Shown here: in pieces, positions 1 to 352 of the stretch
Position numbering within the stretch: the stretch's first letter is position 1
Layout: every line of letters begins with the position of its first letter
Source of the DNA: Escherichia coli
GTDB taxonomy: Bacteria; Pseudomonadota; Gammaproteobacteria; Enterobacterales; Enterobacteriaceae
Direction: 5' to 3' (one strand)
DNA: 352 nucleotides
NCBI RefSeq assembly: GCF_003334335.1
Contig: NZ_QOWQ01000210.1
Notes under the pieces: model-generated
What the model was told of the DNA's origin: nothing
Seen by the model: only the letters and a program-made list of their open reading frames with translations
The model's database searches: none
Position numbers and translations under genes: made by a program

Positions 1-1
1 G

Positions 2-130
2 CGTCACCCTGAACTGATGTTCCGTCACCCGGAAAACGAGTACGACTGGCTGAGCTCAGACGCCGCTGTGGATGAGGCCCTGCTCATAAACGAATACACC
101 TTTACCGAAGGCGGTCTGCGCGCCGGCTGA
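2..130 (+). CDS. 3' end of an upstream ORF, 5'-partial (42 codons plus TGA stop); product unknown
   Basis: Seen in sequence: + frame 2 is open from position 2 to the TGA at 128-130 and translates to RHPELMFRHPENEYDWLSSDAAVDEALLINEYTFTEGGLRAG*. The other two + frames hit stops at 10-12 (TGA) and 15-17 (TGA). It is co-oriented with and 49 nt upstream of the antitoxin gene, consistent with an operon. I do not recognise the peptide, and it does not match my recollection of the DUF987 (YeeT) protein that precedes yeeU in E. coli K-12. Product left unassigned. Confidence 0.5.
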   Translation, partial: RHPELMFRHPENEYDWLSSDAAVDEALLINEYTFTEGGLRAG

Positions 131-167
131 CCTGTCATCGTTAAACCATTCTTAACCGATTTTCTGT

Positions 168-172
168 GAGGA
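168..172 (+). promoter_or_regulatory. Shine-Dalgarno sequence (GAGGA) for the antitoxin gene
   Basis: Seen in sequence: GAGGA at 168-172 with a 7-nt A/T-rich spacer (173-179, TTTTATC) before the GTG at 180. This is canonical spacing for an enterobacterial ribosome-binding site. Confidence 0.6.
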
Positions 173-179
173 TTTTATC

Positions 180-352
180 GTGTCAGACGCACTCTCCGGG
201 ACAATGCTTCCCGACGACAATCACGACCGCCCCTGGTGGGGGCTGCCCTGCACCGTGACGCCCTGTTTCGGGGCACGTCTGGTGCAGGAGGGTAACCGCC
301 TGCATTACCTTGCCGACCGCGCCGGTATCAGAGGCCTGTTCAGCGATGCAGA
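180..352 (+). CDS. cbeA: CbeA/YeeU-family type IV antitoxin (YagB/YeeU/YfjZ family), N-terminal 57 codons; 3'-partial, continues beyond the window
   Basis: Seen in sequence: GTG start at 180, preceded by an in-frame TAA at 153-155 and the SD at 168-172; the frame is open to the window end. Translation: VSDALSGTMLPDDNHDRPWWGLPCTVTPCFGARLVQEGNRLHYLADRAGIRGLFSDA. Established knowledge, from memory: this closely matches the N-terminus of E. coli K-12 YeeU/CbeA (MSDTLPGTTLPDDNHDRPWWGLPCTVTPCFGARLVQEGNRLHYLADRAGIRG...), including the long N-terminal extension that separates YeeU-type proteins from the shorter YfjZ/YafW paralogs. Full-length proteins are about 120 aa, so roughly half the gene lies outside the window. 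Confidence 0.85.
   Translation, partial: MSDALSGTMLPDDNHDRPWWGLPCTVTPCFGARLVQEGNRLHYLADRAGIRGLFSDA

Noticed and set aside
132-165. A possible sigma70 promoter in the intergenic spacer (-35-like CTGTCA at 132-137).
   Set aside because: No -10 hexamer at appropriate spacing matches TATAAT at better than 3 of 6 positions. Too weak to call from sequence alone.
204-206. In-frame ATG (codon 9) as an alternative start codon for the antitoxin.
   Set aside because: There is no SD-like sequence upstream of it, whereas the GTG at 180 has GAGGA at ideal spacing, and the residues encoded between 180 and 203 align with the N-terminus of YeeU homologues.
238-242. A G5 homopolymer (within GGTGGGGG, 235-242) as a possible slipped-strand phase-variation tract.
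   Set aside because: Five G's is below the length usually associated with phase variation, and it simply encodes the conserved Trp-Trp-Gly (TGG TGG GGG).
186-352. An open reading frame on the minus strand across the antitoxin region; the only reverse-strand stop in that frame within 180-352 is the TCA at 183-185.
   Set aside because: GC-rich coding sequence commonly leaves an antisense frame open. The + strand frame has a proper SD and start and a strong match to a known protein family, so the antisense frame is almost certainly non-coding.
1-352. The idea that this window encodes a previously undescribed system.
   Set aside because: The only complete signal is the start of a well-known CbeA/YeeU-family antitoxin gene in operon-like context. 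Nothing in 352 bp supports a novel system, and the unidentified upstream ORF tail is too short to classify.

Overview
This 352-bp window looks like a small piece of an enterobacterial (E. coli-like) prophage-remnant or genomic-island locus, not a novel system. It holds three things on the + strand: the last 42 codons of an unidentified upstream ORF (2-130, TGA stop at 128-130), a 49-nt intergenic spacer with a Shine-Dalgarno GAGGA (168-172), and the first 57 codons of a gene (GTG at 180, running off the window end) that I recognise as a CbeA/YeeU-family type IV antitoxin, the partner of the CbtA/YeeV toxin. The translated N-terminus is VSDALSGTMLPDDNHDRPWWGLPCTVTPCFGARLVQEGNRLHYLADRAGIRGLFSDA, which matches E. 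coli K-12 YeeU as I recall it, with a few substitutions in the first nine residues. No RNA genes, CRISPR repeats, IS termini or strong promoters or terminators are visible. The window is too short to contain a complete system, and the toxin gene is expected just beyond the 3' edge. The secondary observations are a 12-nt in-frame direct repeat in the upstream ORF, an imperfect GC-rich palindrome inside the antitoxin coding sequence, and an upstream-ORF tail that does not match the gene I would expect next to cbeA. All database-type comparisons here are from memory, not from a search.
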